Source: Octopus sinensis (Eukaryota). Taken from it: a stretch of DNA of 64,000 bases. Positions 46,321 through 59,650 of the stretch are shown here, piece after piece. The stretch is from assembly GCF_006345805.1 (NCBI RefSeq), contig NC_043012.1, positions 33,976,001-34,040,000 of the forward strand, read 5' to 3'. The translations under genes and the position numbers were made by a program. A model generated the notes under the pieces. The model was given only the letters and a program-made list of their open reading frames with translations. It did not search any database and had not been told where the DNA came from. The first letter of the stretch is position 1. Each line of letters begins with the position of its first letter.

Positions 46321-47980
46321 ATGTATTTACACCATTTGTCTACTGCAAGGAATTTTCTCCATGACAAAACACAGTGAATGGCTTGTTTACAAGTTTGAAC
46401 TTGCCACTGGCCTATTAGAATTGACAAGAACAGAGTCAGAGCCAGTAGTAGAACACATTAAGGAGTTAATGGGAGGGGTCAAAGACTGTGTATATTGACT
46501 TCACAGCCTCAGGTTGTGTGACCTAATAAAAAAACTCCCTTAACGGTACATGTATATGAGAGAGCATGCGTAAATGGATACGTTTACATTTCTTTTTGAA
46601 AACTGTAGAGACAAATTCATTGATACTAACACAACATAATTCAACATTATTCAAGGAATGGACTAATCCAACAATGGACTCTGCTGTGTATTAAATATAA
46701 AAGAAACAACATATCTAATCTTCTAGGTCCCACCCTGACAAAATGCTGTTACCTTTGGTACCAAGCAGAATATATTGAAAACAGAGCTACTATATCTTAA
46801 ACTATTTTTATCAGAAATAACTATTTTGTAGCTAGAAATCATTAGTTTTAGCAGCTATCACAAGCTATACACCCCTAGACATGTCCCCCATTTCATCAAT
46901 GCTTTGTCGTTGACTGGCTTTTGTAACCAATCACATTGTAATAGAGTCACTCAAAGTTTACCTAGCAGTAACAAGACACCCTTTTTGTTAGAGGTAACAG
47001 CTTTACAAGCCATCAGAATTTCTACAGCTAAATCATGCTACACGTCTCCAGACAAGTCACCATGCACAGCACTTTAGTTAGATTCAACAGCTTTAACATG
47101 ACAAGCCATCATAGCTTCTGAAGCTGCTACAAGCTACATATATTTGCACAGAACTCCCACTTTTTAAAATCAGGCAAATCTCCCTCATATTACATCCAAC
47201 CATCTTAAAAAAAGAAGAACATGTTAGACATTATGGTTTAGAATATAAAAGAGGTGGTGGTCACAGCTGGAACATCTTTGATCATAAGTCTACATGATCA
47301 GGGTCAGCCTACAGTTAAACAAAATGCAAATATCCAATAGCAGCAAGGTGCAGCAACTGCATATCAATGCAGTGGTGTCAGTGTCTATACATAGTGGTAT
47401 ATCTGCAAACACACACACTTATACACAAATGTATATACAGCCACATTGATTACATAGGTGTCTATACAAATAGGTTATTGTAGACACAAACACGAATAGA
47501 TATACACACAAATGTATGCATATGCACCTATACAGTTACTATAGACATGACTACAAGCATATATAGACAAAGATGTATATACTTATAGGTTATTATAGAC
47601 ATAACATAAACATGCTCATAAATGTATGAATATATATATGTATAATATACACACACACATACATGCATGCACATACTAATTATATATGCAGGAGTTTACA
47701 TATACTTATAAATGTATGTACATACTAGTTATAGACACATGTGCCAACATATATGCACATACTCATATATAGATGTAAGCACATACAAACTGTCATAGGG
47801 ACAAACACTAACATATCTACACAAAATTATTAATGTATACTCCCACACAGATGTAAGCACACACAAGTCATTATAGACACTAGCATTAAGATATATATAC
47901 ACAATCATAAGTATATGTATACACCCACAGAAACATAAGAACATACAAGTTAATACATGCACTAATATATATATATATAT

Positions 47981-48135
47981 ATAGGAGAGGAAAAATTATA
48001 AAAAGGCAGAATGCAAAATTGAAGGTAAATTTTAATAAAAATGGGTGTTATTTTTTTAATTTTCTATACACCCATTTTTATAAAAATTTACCTTCAATTT
48101 AGCATTCTGCCTTTTTATAATTTTTCCTCTCCTAT
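47981..48135. repeat. Palindrome: 68-bp arms (2 mismatches), 19-nt loop
   Basis: 47981-48048 is the reverse complement of 48068-48135; abuts a (TA)n tract. Confidence 0.9.
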
Positions 48136-49399
48136 CATTTCTCCACGTGCGGTCAACACAACCCCACCATTTATTGATTTATATATATATACATATATTC
48201 ATTAATACAGATGTATGAATATACAGATTATAGATACAAGCACCAACATGTAATTGATGTGTGTGTGTGTGTTTGTGTATAGATTTGTACAACCTGTGTT
48301 TACTCAGGCTTCTACAAAAATATGCAGGGTCACAGCTCACACAGTGAAATACAACCACATATTCTCACAACACGTATACACAGGCAGTACATTGTTATAT
48401 ATTATACATACTCTTTAAATAGTCATACTTTCACAGTAACACAGACACACCCACACAACTACACATCTACATTCAACGTATACATACATACATCCAGTCA
48501 CCATTTACAAATAAACACACACACACACACTCACACACATAGCCACAAACATACATGTCACTGAACTGATAGTTATGACATAGAAATCAGAAGATTATTC
48601 TTGTCAAATCAAATCATAAAAAGCCAACATCTGACAGAAGAGAGTGATAACAGCATTCAGATGATGCTGAAGTGGATGGGGGTGGGGTGGGGTGGGGAGA
48701 AAGTAATGGCTATTAGCAGAAACCAGGGACATAATTCAACCAACATAATTTTGACCCAAATATCTACAATTGGCAACCAACAGTGACTTTTCAAAGAGAA
48801 ATAATATTATTATCAACTTGATGGTCATTATTTCAAGTACATTATTCAAAGAACTCTACAAGGCATCAACTAGTCTTTCTTCCTTTAAAAAATAATAAAA
48901 TAAAATAAAAACTTTCTCCCGTTAGCATTTGACCTTTTTACTTGTGTGTGTGTGTGTAAACCTACAGACCATGTGAAACTGGTATCATTTGAATGCCACT
49001 TGCTGGTTGTTTGGCAGATAAAATATTAAAAACACTGCTATTCCAACTTCACATTTTATTTATCCTTTTTTTTGTTTTTTGCATACATTAAATTCTGTTT
49101 TAGCTTCACTGGAGTTACATTCTGAGTTCAAATTCCGCCGAGGTCGACTTTGCCTTTCATCCTTTCAGGGTCGATAAATTAAATACCAGTTACGCACTGG
49201 GGCAGATGTAATCGACTTAATCCATTTGTCAGTCCTTGTTTGTCCTCTCTGTGTTTAACCCCTTGTGGGCAATAAAGAAATAAGTAATGATGGTGACGAT
49301 GACTTCTTTCAGTTTTAGGGAGCTGATCGTTATAGATTAGTCTCTTTCATTTGCTTCATTGACCCAAAAGGTAAGAATATAACTGAGAACACATAAAGA

Positions 49400-50110
49400 C
49401 AGGTTGGTAATCCTCTCTCTGAAATCCCCAAATGTCCAAAATCCAAAAGATTTTTCAGTCAATGAAGCACTAGAAGTGAAAAAATTCCATAAAGTGCTTG
49501 GAAGGTTGCCTTGAAATGACCAGCTGTTGTGGGTCATGCAATCAGGCCACCACCTGTTAGGAGTGACTGCCTAGACCAATTAAGTTGTCACTAGTTTAAT
49601 GTCAGTAGTTATAGCAACGGCTTTTGACTACAGTTTCCATCAACTAAACTCACTCTTTTAGCATTGGTCACCTTGGGGCTATAGCAGAAGGGACTTGCCC
49701 AAGGAGCCATGTAGTGGGATTGAATCCAAGACCACATGTCTGCAAAGTGATCTTCGTAACCACATGGCCTTGCCTGAAGGTAAGTGTGAATATTCAGAAG
49801 GCTGGTAACAGAAATGCTTTTTAAGAAAAGCCCTGACATTAAATATCTAAGCATTTGTGGTGCTAAGACATTTATTGATCATCAATCAGGAAAGATATTC
49901 ACCATCACTGGCTTGAGACGGGTGACGACTGTATTACTTTTGGTTTACAAATGTTTAGTAGCAGCAAGAAACCAGGATTAAATGTCAAGTGTAAGATTTA
50001 TTCCTGGATAACTGTTCTACTCATCCTCCAGCCGAACTTGTGATCAAAAATAATTGTTATACAATGTACTTCTAAAATGTGATATTATTAATTCAATCAG
50101 GTGACTAAAG
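49400..50110 (+). mobile_element. Tigger/pogo (DDE_1) relic
   Basis: TIR-like caggttggtaatcc...ccaaaatcc at 49400; LFLDNCSTHPPAEL...NV..LIQ at about 50000-50105. Confidence 0.6.
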
Positions 50111-50527
50111 CACCCTTTGATCACTGAAAACTAATTATAAAGACATTTTAATTATAAAGACAATGGTACATTTGTAGCAGTGGACAGTCATCATCATCAT
50201 TTAACGTCCGCCTTCCATGCTAGCATGGGTTGGACGATCTGACTGAGGGCTGGCGAACCAGATGGCCACACCAGGCCCCAATCTTGATCTGGCAGAGTTT
50301 CTACAGCTGGATGCCCTTCCTAATGCCAACCACTCCGAGAGTGTAGTGGGTGCTTTTTACATGCCACCAGTACGGGGCCAGTCAGGCGATACTGGCAATC
50401 ACCTCGCTCGAATCTTTTTACACATGCCACCGGCACAGGTGCCCTTTTACGTACCACCGGCACAGAGCCAGTTGGCTGCTCTGGCAATGATCACGCTCGG
50501 ATGGTGCTCGGCATATACATATATTTA

Positions 50528-50813
50528 TTATTATATTTGGGGAGGGTCATATTTTGCCAAATGAAACACATGCACTGTATATTTGGCCTTCACTTCAGCT
50601 TATTTTTAGTTTCTTTATCAGTTCTTTCCAAGACAAAATGGAATAAGCAGAACAAGAGACATGTGGGATGGTCACTGAATATCTCACAGGATGTGTGATG
50701 ATAGAACTTTAACAAAGAAACTAAAATAATAATATTAGAGCTGAAGTGAAGACCGAATATATTATAGTGCATGTGTTTAATTGGCAAAATATGACCATCT
50801 CCCAGTATAATAA
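50528..50813. mobile_element. Tc1/mariner-like MITE with about 100-bp imperfect TIRs
   Basis: ggtcatattttgccaa..aaacacatgcact..cttcacttcagct versus its reverse complement; TA-rich ends. Confidence 0.65.
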
Positions 50814-53499
50814 TATCTGTTTCAACACACGATTTTCCCATCAAGAATCTTGCAAAACAAATACAGAAACATATATATACACACAAACACACACATACAG
50901 TTACATAATCAACTTCAGGAATTGCCTGGTACTTGGTACTTATTTTATCACCTGTGCTGGCGGCACATAATAAGCACCATCTGAACGTGGCCAATGCCAG
51001 CGCCGCCTTGACTGGCTTCTGTGCCGGTGGCATGTAAAAAGCACCCACTACACTCATAGAGTGGTTGGCATTAGGAAGGTCATCCAGCTGTAGAAACACT
51101 GCCAGATCAGACTGGAGCCTGGTGCAGCCTCCTGGCTTCCAAGACCCTGGTCAAACCGTCCAACCCGTACTAGCACGGAAAACAGACGTTAAACGATGAT
51201 GATGATGAAGATATTTATCAAATGCTAAAGTTCACCAAAGGCACTAAATGCCATAAGGTAGTTTTGTTTAACAAGGCAATTCATACATATGCACTTATCA
51301 TCATCATTTCACACCCAACCTATGCTGGAATTGTTCACCACCCTCCAAGTCAGTTTGGAGTTATTGCCTTCCTAGGCATGGCTGGGAGACCACATCTCAC
51401 TTGTACTTCATACTGCAGCATGCTTTCTATGACCAGGTGCTCTTCATACCGCCAACCAGTTTACAGAATGTATTGGGCATATTTTTGAGAAACAAGACTA
51501 AAGAATTCCACTCAACCATACAATATTTATGCTTCCTTTTGTTATCCATTTTATAGAATGCATGGGATACATTTTATCATGGCACCAGCACAAGTGAAGT
51601 TGCCTTATACTCTGCAACATAGAAGAGGATCTTCTTCACTGCTTATGTTGTCTCCATTCATCCAGGGCAATGTTTGGCAAAAGAGACCAATAGAATAAGT
51701 ACCAGGCCAAAGAGAATTAAGTGCTGGGGTCAATTCATTCAACTAAAAGTTCTTCAAGGGGGTGCCCCAGCATGGGCACAGTAAATGATAAAAGATATTC
51801 ACTGATGGTCTGCTACTGACAGATCTACTTCAATCAACACTCGGGAAAGATTTTCTCTTTTTAATCCCAGTTAGATTTTTCTATTTCCATTAATTTATGT
51901 TAATTACTTTCAGAACTTCATCAACCATCTGCATCATGTTTCTTAGTTGGGGTTCCTCCTATGCCAGTCTCCCATGTTTCAGACACTGCTGTTGACATTT
52001 TCCTCAACAACTTTCCTCTTTTTCTGTCCACTATTACCCTTAGGGATACCTGCAGGTCTTTTCCACATTTTTATCACAGACTAAAACAGTGGTAACGTGT
52101 AGTCAAAAGAGATGGTGATGTTTAAGATAAACTGGAGAGCAAGGGAGAAAGGAGAAGTATGAGAAGGGGAAAGAGTGACTGGGTTGGTAATGTGAAAGAG
52201 GAGGGAGAGAGAGAGAGAGAGAGAGAAGAGTAAAGGAGAACTGAAGAGAGAGACAGTAACAGCAGGGTGTAATGGGAGAGACACACAAATAGTAGCTACC
52301 TAATTGCAAGTAAAGGAGCGATTATGACAATTTGTACAAATATTCGGTGGAAAGAGAGTGGTTTGAAAGAGGAGCGTTGAGCTGTAGGAATCGGTAATGG
52401 TGTGAGGGAGGGTACAAGTGTAGGCTAGTTGAGATGTTAATGGTATAATGGTAAGAGAATGATGGAGGTAAAATAAGTGACAGCCAAGGATCCACCCCCA
52501 ACCTCTCCTTTCTCCCTCTACATCATCATTGTTTAACCCTTTCGTTACTGTATTTATTTTGAGATGCTCTGTATTTCATTCAATTAATTTTAAATGTAAC
52601 AAAGAATTTAGTAAAATAACTTAGTTATCATTCAGCTAGTGTTGGGAACATAAATTGTGACTAAAGTTCAGTGGAAGATTTTAATTCAAAACTTATGAAA
52701 ACAAGACAATTGCACTACAGAGCCAGAGGCGGTTTTGGTCGGGTTGGTAAGGAAAGGGTCAACATTCACTTTACCATGCTTGCATGAGTCGGGCAGAGAT
52801 TTCTGAGGGAGATTTTGTATGGTTGGATGCCCTTCCTGTTGCCAACCCTCACCTGTTTCAAAGCAAGGTAATATTTCCCCATACCTGAACATGCTCTTGC
52901 AGAATATCGAAAATTAATAGCACTGCTTGTATGATGGTGACATTCGTTTACAACTATCACATGTAGTCAACACAAGGAGGGGACACACACAGAATGGGCT
53001 TCTTTGAGGCTCTGTCTACCAAATCTACTCTATTTTGGTTAGCCTCATGCCAAAGTTGAAGACACTTGCTGAAGGTGCCATGGAATGGGACATCAGTCAA
53101 CCTAAGGCTATGGTAGGTGACATTTGTCCAAAATGACACATACAAACATTGAACTTGGAACTCTGTGGCTGCAAAGTAAACCCCTTAACTATACACACCC
53201 ACACACATCTTTCTTTATCTTTTAGTTTTTTCTTTTTATTTGTTTCAGTCATTAGACTGTGACCGTGCTGAGGCACCACCTTGAAATGTTTTTAGTTGAA
53301 TGAATCGACCCCTGTACATTTTTTTTTAAGCTTGGTACTTACTTATTTTATTGGCCTTTTTGCTAAACCACTAAGTTACGCATTTATCACAATTTATCCC
53401 TACACACACTGTCTCAGTACTTTACACAATACACACACACACACACACGGGCACGATTTTCTTGTGTCTATTACACAAGGGAAAAAAAGTTGGGGGAGA

Positions 53500-54010
53500 T
53501 TGGCAGAGGATGAAGATTGTAGTAGTAGTAGCAGTGTTAGTGTTACAATACTACCACCCCTACCACCACCACCACCACTACTACTACTACTACCTAATCT
53601 ACTATTTAATCACCATCATTTGATTCATCCTCACCCCATCCTCATCCACCAGCATTCCTAATGCCTTTACTACTACCACCAAGCTACTACTGCTGCTGCT
53701 ACTGTCACTAACCAGCAGAACTACTACACCACGACCACCACCACAGCCACCACTCCAACATCCAGCTTCTCAATGAGGTCAGTCAGTCAGCTTCACACCA
53801 TCAACAACCAAACAAGTTAGAAACTCAATTACCACCGAATCTACATCGGTTCGGACTTAACTAATAAACATCCATTGCATGGTGATGATGATGATGGTGG
53901 TGTTGGTGTCGATGAGGATGTATACTTAGCTATATATAACATCACTGAATAAACAGTAATGTTGATGATAGTGATGATGATAACTGTGGTGGTGGTGATG
54001 ATGATGCTTC
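53500..54010. repeat. Low-complexity triplet region (CAC/CTA/CAT/GAT/GGT)
   Basis: Directly visible; explains the spurious poly-P/H ORF 53296..53661. Confidence 0.85.
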
Positions 54011-55978
54011 TATACTTAGCTATTTATAACAATTTCTGAACAGTGATAAGGCAGTATTTGGAAACTATACAGAAACGTTGTTGGACACACACACACACAC
54101 ACACACACACACGCGCAAATTAATCAATACAAGGAATTTTAATTAAAATTGCAGCTTTATTAACGACAATAATTTCTAAATTTTGGAGCCGCTGCCATCA
54201 CCACCACTACAAAAAAAATAACAAATGCAAGGGACCCAGGATGAAGTTGTAATTAAAATACGGACAGCTGTAGTCCATATTAAGTCTGATGTTTAGCTGC
54301 ACAGAGATAACTCTAGATATGTTTTGATGTTATTAGACCTTATCAGCAAAATTTAGTCTAACCATTACTGCAAGATCTGAGAATGACAAGTGATATATAC
54401 ATATATAGGTTTTACAGCAATAAATAGCTTCCGGAATACTACCTGGGGAAAATACCAAGGGTCACCTGCTGCTTACAAACTTAGCAGTAAAGTATATGCT
54501 AACATACATGATATAGTTGTTAGCCAAAAAAATCTTATTTGCTTTTGTTCTTAGTGAAGAGAATCACATTTTTCTAAATGGTTATTTATGGTAATAATAT
54601 AAAGCAGGGGAGATAACCCTTCGCTGATGAGGTCTAACAATAGTGAAACATTCACAGTTACCAGTAAATATCTAACTCACCTCATCTCTATTGGGTTCAA
54701 TATTCAATTTTAAGATTGTTTCTTTGGCCTCCCCCCTCTCTCTCTTTTTTAATCAGTATTAATTATTTAGCTAATGAGTGGTGTCATCACTTTCAGTGTA
54801 ATTATAATTAAATTAATTAAAAGTTTTCCTCTTGCTCTATCAACTATATTAGTGCCCAATTAACTATAAAGTTTACATGCAGAAAATTTGCTCACCACAG
54901 TGAAAAGCTTTGCTAATACTGAGGGCAACAACATTCATTTGTTCCATATCCAATTTCTCATGCTAGGATCGAAATATTTTTTTTACAGCTTTATGCCCTT
55001 TTTGTTGTTAATCCTCTCGTTTTACAAGCTAGGAACCTTTTATTCCATCCACATTTGAATGCATAGAACCCACTGGACGATTGGTGACAGAGAATGTCAG
55101 CAAACATGCAAAACAAGGAATCCAAACATTAACACACATACGCATGCATGCACAAACACACACCATGGAAATCTGTACAGTTACTATACACTAATTCCAC
55201 TCAGAAGGCATCAAGACATTGATAGGCTCCATAAGAGACACTTGCCCAAGGTGCCACACAGTGAGATTGAACCCAACATGTAGTTGAGAAGCAAGCTGCT
55301 TAACCACACAGCCATGTCTTCTTTTCGCAAATTTTTCCAAGGTGCCTTCCTTCACGTAAAAAGCACAGCCGATTGTGGCCGTTGCCAGCCTACCCTGGCA
55401 CGTACAAAGCACCATCCGTATGCAGCCAATGCCAGCGCTGCCTTGACTGGCTTCCGTGCCGGTGGCACGTAAAAAGCACCAACCTATCATGGCCGTTGTC
55501 AGCCTACCCTGGCACCTGTGCCGGTGGTACCTAAAAAGCACCATCCGTATGCGGCTGATTCCAGTGCTGCCTTGACTGGCTTCCATGCCAATGGCACATA
55601 AAAAGCACCAACCGATATGGCCATTGCCAACCTACCCTGGCACCTAAAAAGCACCATCCATATGTAGCCGATGCCAGTGCTGACTTGACTGGCTTCCATG
55701 TCGGTGGCACGTAAAAACCATCAACCAATCGTGGCCATTGCCAGCCTCCCCTGGCACCTGTGCCGGTGGCACGTAAAAAGCACCCACTACACTCACGGAG
55801 TGGTTGGCGTTAGGAAGAAACGTTAGCACACCGGGTGAAATACGTAGCCGTATTTTGTCTGCCATTACATTCTGAGTTCAAATTCTGCCGAGGTCGACTT
55901 TGCCTTTCACCCTTGGGGTCGATGTAATCGACTTAATCCATTTGTCTGTCCTTGTTTAGCCTCTTGTGGGTAGTAAAG

Positions 55979-56045
<67 letters not shown>

Positions 56046-57477
56046 GTGTGTATGTGTGTGCGCATAGCTAAAACATACCATTCTATTATTGCATGTGTAA
56101 TGAATAAAAGATTGGAGGATGTCTGGCAGGCAATCTTATGTTAAATTGCACACAAACTGTTTAATCAATATAAGAAAGGTGTCATCCACCAAGGAAAAAG
56201 TAGAAACATTAGCTCAGCCCTCAGCCATGCATGTAGCCATCTTCAGAGTTGCAGAGTTAAGGTAGAGCAAACATTTTTTGCATGAGAAAGTCAACACTAG
56301 AATGGAGGTTTCCATTGACATTTGCACTGCAATTTTACACACACACACACACTTGTATGTAAAAGTGAAATAAACACACAAAGTCTCATTTATATGCATT
56401 TAGTTTCACTGAGAAACAAAGTCCTATACACACACACATACACATATATCACCACTACCATCATTTAGCATCCATTTTCCATGCAGGCAGGTGGTACGTA
56501 AAAATCACCGACCGATCGTGGCCACTGCCAGCCTCCCCTGGAACCTGTGCCGGTGACACGTAAAAAGCACCCACTACACTCTCGGAGTGGTTGGCATTAG
56601 GAAGGGCATCCAGCTGTAGAAACTCTGCCAGATCAAGATTGGGGCCTGGTGCACCCCCTGGTTGAACTGTTCAACCCGTGCAGCATGGAAAATGGATGTT
56701 AAACGATGATGATGATGCATGGGTTAGACAGTTTGACAGGATCTGACAGGTCAGAGAACTGTGTCAAGCTCCAAGGTCTGTTTTTGGCATGGGGTCTAAC
56801 AAAATGTCCTTTCTAACACCAACCACTTTACAGAATGTATTGTGTCCTTTTTCATATCTCCAGCATTAGCTTACAAAGCTAAATCCCTTGATTGAGAATG
56901 GTGTAGAATTGTGGGTGGTGGCTTATGCCAGGTGTTAAGAGGCAAGAGTATATAATAGGATAGGTAGGGTTATCTTGCTTTAAAGGATAAATAAATAAGA
57001 GCTGGCAACAAGAAAGGCACCCAGTCATAGAAAATCCATCCGACTCATGCAAGCATGGAAAAGTGGACGTTAAATGATGATGATGATGACACCTGAGTGT
57101 ATGCATGTCTTATTGAGCAGTTAAGAAATTTGCCCCAGAATCATGTGACACTGGCTTTGACCCCCACCGCATGGCATTTGGGGGTAAATATCTTCTATCA
57201 CAGTGTCAGGTCAACCAGAGATAGAAACTGTGGTAACTCATTTGACAACCTGGAATTTAAAGATCCAACTTTGTTACACACTGCATCACATTAATTATAT
57301 CTGAGGATTATGTTAAGAGTACACATCTGCGGAATACTCAACCACTAATTAATTAAATAAGGAGGCAATCCAATTGATTGAACTGGGTTAAGCAGAGTTG
57401 GAATTGACAGAGGACCCATTAACTTTATTTATGTGTGTGCATGTGTGTGTGTATGTATGTACGTATGTACATACGTA

Positions 57478-58081
57478 CTGAAAAGTTCCTGGTTTTTAAC
57501 CCTTTTGATACCAACCTGGCTGACTCTGGGTACAAATGTTTTGTTTTCATAAATTTTGAATTAAAATCTTCCACCAAACCTTAGTCACAATTTATGTTCC
57601 TAACACTAGCTTAATGGTTACTAAGTTATTTTACTGAATTCTTTGTTATATTTAACCCTTTAGTATTTAAACCGGCCAAAATAGTTAATCTGTTTTATGT
57701 TCAAACTGACCAGATCCAGGCTTTCACACCTACCCTACAATGTTATTCTACATTAAGTAATTACACCATCAAGATCTTGAAGATATGAGATAATGCATGA
57801 TTAATTCAAATCAATGGGAATCAATAGGCACTATGTTTGATTCAATAACCTGAACACTAAAGGGTTAAAGTAATTGAAAGAAACACAGAGCATCTCAAAA
57901 TAAATACAGTAACGAAAGGGTTAAGGGTATTGCAAAAGGGCTGGTTGGAAGTCCAACCTTCCAAGTTCTGTTACAAGGTTTAGAAAAACTGAAGGATCGC
58001 TGCAAAAAGTGTGTGAATCTGAGAGGGGAATATGATCCTCTTGTATTTTCTTTTATCCAAAGCCAGGAACTTTTCTGCCCC
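57478..58081 (+). mobile_element. Mariner-derived MITE containing piggyBac MITE A (57496-57924), which contains piggyBac MITE B (57652-57868)
   Basis: Outer TIR ctgaaaagttcctgg/ccaggaacttttctg with QGLEKLKDRCKKCVNLRGEY; both inner elements are flanked by duplicated TTAA. Confidence 0.85.
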
Positions 58082-59650
58082 TGCTTTTATATCTGTGTAT
58101 GTCCATGAGAATGTAGGTATACATCTGTGTATTCAGATATGGCTTTGAAAGCATTTCTTAAACAGGGACACACACATACATATATTTTCTTTTACGTTTT
58201 TACTGGTTTCAGTCATTTGACTGCGGCCATGCTGGAGCACCGCCTTTAGTCAAGCAAATCGACCCCAGGACTTATTCATTGTAAGCCTAGTACTTATTCT
58301 ATCGGTCTCTTTTTCCGAACCGCTAAGTTACAGGGATGTAAACACACCAGCATCGGTTGTCAAGCGATGTTGGGGTGAGGGACAAACACAGACACACAAA
58401 CATATATACACACACACACATATATGATGCGCTTCTTTCAGTTTCCATCTATCAAATCCACTCACAAAGCTTTGGTTGGCCCAAGGCTATATTAGAAGAC
58501 ACATGCTCAAGGTGCCATGCAGTGGGACTGAACCCGGAACCATGTGGTTGGTAAGCAAGCTACTTACCACACAGCCACTCCTACGCCTATACACACACAT
58601 ATATATAAGTACCATGATGCAAAAAGGAAAAACAGTACTCAAAATCTGAGTACATTTAGCAGAAGCAACAGAGTTTGATAAGTGCCAACACAAGAAACTC
58701 TCAACTCGAGTCACACTTGCTTCTACTAAACACACACACACACACACACATATATGAAATGTTTAAAATGCTGCAGTGAATATACTTTTGTGGCCACTTC
58801 ACCATTTTGCTGCCAACACCATTCTATTAACAGAAGAGCTCTATTGAAATAATTATTTCCTGTCATTCACATGCTGCAACTCTCACTCCCGGACACACTA
58901 TAACACTAAAGATCTGCTAGAAATAGCAGTGAATCCTGCCTCAAATTACATCCCATGCATTCATTTTCATCATCATCATTGTTTAACGTCCGTTTTCCAT
59001 GCTAGCATGGGTTGGACGGTTCGACCGGGGTCTAGGAAGCCAGGAGGCTGCACCAGGCTCCAGTCTGATCTGGCAGTGTTTCTACGGCTGGATGCTCTTC
59101 CTAATACCAACCACTCCGTGAGTGTAGTGGGTGCTTTTTACGTGCCACTGGCACAGGTGCCAGGGGAGGCTGGCAACGGCCACGATTAGTGGGTGCTTTT
59201 TACGTGCCACCAGCACGGAGTCCAGTCAAGGTGGTGCTGGCATCAACCACGTATGGATGGTGCTTTTTACATACCACCGGTACAGTGCCAGGGGAGAATG
59301 GCAACGTCCACGATCGGTTGGTGGTTATGTCAGTTTTTTTTTTCTTTCTGTCCAAGCTAGCAAGCGGTGGATGCCAACATCCTGTTTGATCAAATAGTTT
59401 CATGCAAAGAAGCAGAACGTAAACAAACATTCACAGGCATATATGCATGTGTGCATATACATATACATTTTTTATCATCATCATCATCATCAACATTTAC
59501 TGTCTGTTTTCCGTTCAGCAAAAGAGACCAATAGAATAAGTACTTGGCTTTACAAAAATAAGTACTGGGGTCAATTTGTTTGACTAAAAGTTTTGAAAGC
59601 GATGCCCCAGCATGGCCAGTCTAATGACTGAAACAAGGATAAAAGATACA

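Noticed and set aside
55352-55817. CRISPR-like look: 25-nt hairpin repeat with 30-45-nt spacers
   Set aside because: The spacers are two recurring related types, the array is part of a dispersed LINE 3'UTR in a spliced eukaryotic locus, and no cas genes are present.
58613-58725. Minus-strand exon-like segment (VEASVTRVESFLCWHL...)
   Set aside because: The acceptor lies in a (TG)n tract without a pyrimidine run, and there is no similarity to the TNPO3 N-terminus.
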